Assembly (NCBI GenBank): GCA_963795825.1
Contig: CAWCIW010000002.1
Span: 164,799 to 228,798 of the forward strand
Reading direction: 5' to 3'
DNA: 64,000 bases
From: an uncultured Alphaproteobacteria bacterium
GTDB taxonomy: Bacteria; Pseudomonadota; Alphaproteobacteria; Acetobacterales; Acetobacteraceae
Position numbers and translations under genes: made by a program. Numbering within the stretch: the first letter of the stretch is position 1; every line of letters begins with the position of its first letter. This document shows, one piece after another, positions 61,242 to 64,000 of this stretch. The notes below the pieces were generated by a model, which had not been told where the DNA came from, made no database searches, and was given only the letters and a program-made list of their open reading frames with translations.

Positions 61242-62562
61242 ATGCAAACCAATTTCACCGAGCTGCAGCTTGCCGATCCGGATACCGCGAGCAGCAACCA
61301 GATTTTGCGCACCTGCGTGCATTGCGGAATGTGCACGGCCACATGCCCGACTTTCCTGCTGCAGGGCGACGAACTGGATTCGCCGCGCGGCCGCATTTAC
61401 CTGATGAAAAACATGCTGGAAGGCGGTCAGCCGGCGACGGAGGAGGTGGTGCGCCACGTCGACCGTTGCCTGTCCTGTCTTGCCTGCATGACGACGTGCC
61501 CGTCCGGTGTGAACTACATGCACCTGGTGGATCACGCGCGGCGGTATATCGAGGACACCTACGAGCGTCCGCCGGCAGACCGCGCGCTACGCTGGGTGTT
61601 GGCAAAGGTGCTTCCCGATACCGGGCTGTTTCGCCTTTCCATGGTAGCGGCCCGGCTGGCGCGGCCGCTGGCGGGATTGGTGCCCGGCACATCGCAGGTG
61701 TCGCAACGGCTGCGCGCGATGCTGCGCCTGGCGCCGGCGCGCCTGCCGGCCTCCGGCAAGATGCAGCGCCCGCAGGTGCATCGCGCGCAGGGTGAACGTC
61801 GTGCGCGCGTGGCGTTGCTGACCGGCTGCGCGCAGAAAACCCTGGCGCCCAGCATCAACGAAGCAACGATACGCTTGCTCACGCGCATGGGCGCCGATGT
61901 GGTGATCGCCCCGGAAGTCGGCTGCTGCGGCGCGCTCACGCATCATCTTGGCCGGCATGACGACGCGATGGCGGCGGCGCGCGCGGCGATCGAGGGGTGG
62001 TCGGTAGAAATTGAGACCGGCGGGCTGGACGCGATCGTCGTCAATACCTCCGGCTGCGGCACGACGGTGAAGGATTACGGCTTCATGTTCCGCAACGAGC
62101 CGGAACCGTGGCGCAGCCGTGCGGCCGAAGTATCGTTGCGCACCAAGGATATCAGCGAAATCCTCTCCGAGTTCGGCTACGCGCCGACGCGCGCGGCGTC
62201 CGGTTTGCGCGTGGCGTATCACAGCGCATGTAGTCTGCAGCATGGGCAGAGGTGTGATAGACGCGCCGAAGGTGCTGCTGCGCCGCGCGGGTTTCAAAGT
62301 GGTGGAGCCGGCCGAGCCGCATATCTGCTGCGGTTCGGCCGGCACCTACAACATCATGCAGCCGGAAATTGCCGGCCGTCTGCGCGCGCGCAAGCTGGCC
62401 AATATCGCGCGCACGAAACCGGATCTGGTGGCGGCGGGGAATATCGGTTGCATCACGCAATTGCAGGGCGGCGCGGCACCGCTGGTGCATACCGTGGAGT
62501 TGCTGGACTGGATGGCGGGCGGACCGAAGCCGGCGGCTTTGGACCAGCTGGCCGCCGCATGA
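61242..62562 (+). CDS. glcF: Glycolate oxidase Fe-S subunit (+1 indel near 62250)
   Basis: CVHCGMCTATCP, CLSCLACMTTCP, HSACSLQHGQ, then CCGSAGTYN and GNIGC in the next frame. Confidence 0.94.
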
Positions 62563-63095
62563 GGCGCCAGGCTGTTCTGGCCGGCGCGCTGCTGCTGGCC
62601 GCCGCCGCTCCGTCGCCGGATCGTGCGGCGCCCTTGCTGGACGCGCTGGCCCATGCGCCGAGCGAGCAGCAGGCGGAGATGCTGGAGCAGCAGATCGGTG
62701 CGACCTGGCGCGCGGCTGTTTCGCCCGCGGTGCAGTTGCTAGCCGACCGGGCGATGCAGTCGCTGGGCCAGCAGGATCCCCGCACGGCGATAGGCGATCT
62801 GGATGCGGCCCTCGACCTGCAGCCGGACTCTGCGTTGCTGTGGCGCCTGCATGCCGAAGCGCGCTTTGCAAATGGGGACAGCAGGGGCGCGTATGCCGAT
62901 CTGGCGCAGGCGCTTTCGCGCGAGCCGCGGTGTTTTCCGGCCTTGGCGGATCTGTCGCGCATGGCGGAGTCGAAGAATGACGGGAAGCGTGCGTTGCAGG
63001 CCTGGCAACGGTATTTGCAGATTGATCCGCATGCGCCGAGAGGCGAGGCACGGTTGCAGATATTGCAACGCAAGGTCTCCGGAGACGCGCTTTGA
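62559..63095 (+). CDS. Periplasmic TPR-repeat protein
   Basis: ATGA overlap with glcF; signal peptide; helical repeats ALDLQPD, ALSREPR, YLQIDPH. Confidence 0.8.
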   Translation: MRRQAVLAGALLLAAAAPSPDRAAPLLDALAHAPSEQQAEMLEQQIGATWRAAVSPAVQLLADRAMQSLGQQDPRTAIGDLDAALDLQPDSALLWRLHAEARFANGDSRGAYADLAQALSREPRCFPALADLSRMAESKNDGKRALQAWQRYLQIDPHAPRGEARLQILQRKVSGDAL

Positions 63096-63112
63096 TACCA
63101 ATCTGTCTGGGA

Positions 63113-63300
63113 GGAAGGAAAAAAGGCCTTCTTTTTCGAGAAAAAGAAGCAAAAAGTCTTTTGCTGTGACGCCTGCACGGAGATTTGGGTATTCCTGCAA
63201 CCGCATTGGCTTGCAATACGAGCGTAAGCTTTGATGCAGGCGTCGGACCAAAAGCTTTTTGGTCCTTTTTCTCGAGAAAGGACTACTTTTCTGCCTTCTA
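63113..63300. repeat. Palindromic repeat family, full element, long core
   Basis: Close homolog of 10210-10393. Confidence 0.95.
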
Positions 63301-63969
63301 CTTCTTACCAGCAACCTCGATCCCGAAATCCGCCCGATCCGGCGGCCCAAGCGCGATATCGATCGTCCCTTTCGCCACCGCCCTGATCCGGTCGGAGAGC
63401 AATCCGCCCTGTATCATCACCGCGCGCACGGCGAGCGCGCGGTCCAGGGACAGGCGTCGCGCGGCGGAGGGATCGTCCGCGGTGCCGGGCGCCCAGGCGG
63501 TGATGTCCACAACTGCGGTGGAACTTGCCAGTGCCTGCTGGGTGATCTTCTGCACGGCTGCCAGGGTGGTTGGGTTCAGGTCCGATACGCCGGGGCCGAA
63601 GGTGATACGCGCGCCGCCCGGTATCTGCAATGCGATGCCGGCTGCTTTTGCGCTGACAGGCACCGGCGGCGGCGGCGGCGGCGCGTGTGCCGGCATTGTG
63701 AAAGGTGGCGGCAGGATCACGGGATTTGCTGGCGGGGCAGATGGCATACGCGGCGCCGTCAGGCGCGCGGCGGCTGGTTTGGCGGGGTGCGCTGTGGGAT
63801 GTTTTCGTGTTTTCGCGGCTGCTGCAGCGGGCGGCGCGGGCGTGTTTGCCGGTTTTGCGGAGGGCGCTAACTGGTCCAGGGCTTTATCATCCGTGCTGAC
63901 TTGGGCGAGCGCGGCGGGCATGGTCAAAAGCAGCAGGATCGCGGCCCGTTTTGCGCAGATCGAGAACAT
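63298..63969 (-). CDS. Pro-rich protein with OmpA-like C-terminal domain
   Basis: Signal peptide, Pro-rich linker, ARRLSLDRALAVR..GLLSDRI..AKG. Confidence 0.82.
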   Translation of the reverse strand: MFSICAKRAAILLLLTMPAALAQVSTDDKALDQLAPSAKPANTPAPPAAAAAKTRKHPTAHPAKPAAARLTAPRMPSAPPANPVILPPPFTMPAHAPPPPPPVPVSAKAAGIALQIPGGARITFGPGVSDLNPTTLAAVQKITQQALASSTAVVDITAWAPGTADDPSAARRLSLDRALAVRAVMIQGGLLSDRIRAVAKGTIDIALGPPDRADFGIEVAGKK

Positions 63970-64000
63970 GCCTGTGCGAGGCTGAGGCTGGGGCGATCGC

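Noticed and set aside
61242-63095. GlcF-TPR fusion (617 aa)
   Set aside because: Artefact of the indel near 62250. GlcF ends at 62562 and the TPR gene starts at 62559.
648-63300. CRISPR array interpretation of the recurring 40-bp palindromic unit
   Set aside because: Copies are dispersed and paired in inverted orientation, cores are homologous to each other rather than unique spacers, and no cas genes are present.

Overview
High-GC alphaproteobacterial chromosome segment; the gene content and order (slt-dapA-smpB, sdhCDAB, prpDCB, glcDEF, tesA/ybbAP) fit an Acetobacteraceae-like organism (inference). About 55 mostly housekeeping or metabolic CDS are present. I saw no rRNA, tRNA, CRISPR array, transposase or prophage. 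Ten genes, including essential dapA and lpxB, carry about 12 single-base indels that look like long-read errors. The dominant unexplained structure is an AT-rich palindromic repeat family found at 30 loci (about 1 per 2 kb), occurring as two-armed inverted-repeat elements of about 130-195 bp, solo arms and one collapsed form. Each arm has a covarying hairpin and an outer tract of tandem xAAG units. Many neighbouring genes end in Lys-stop at the element edge, one arm is translated in-frame inside a lipoprotein signal peptide, and flanking DNA flips from G-rich to C-rich across the elements regardless of gene orientation. Two other palindromic repeat types share the GCAAG terminus. All coordinates and counts were read by hand; repeat boundaries are approximate (+/-10 bp).
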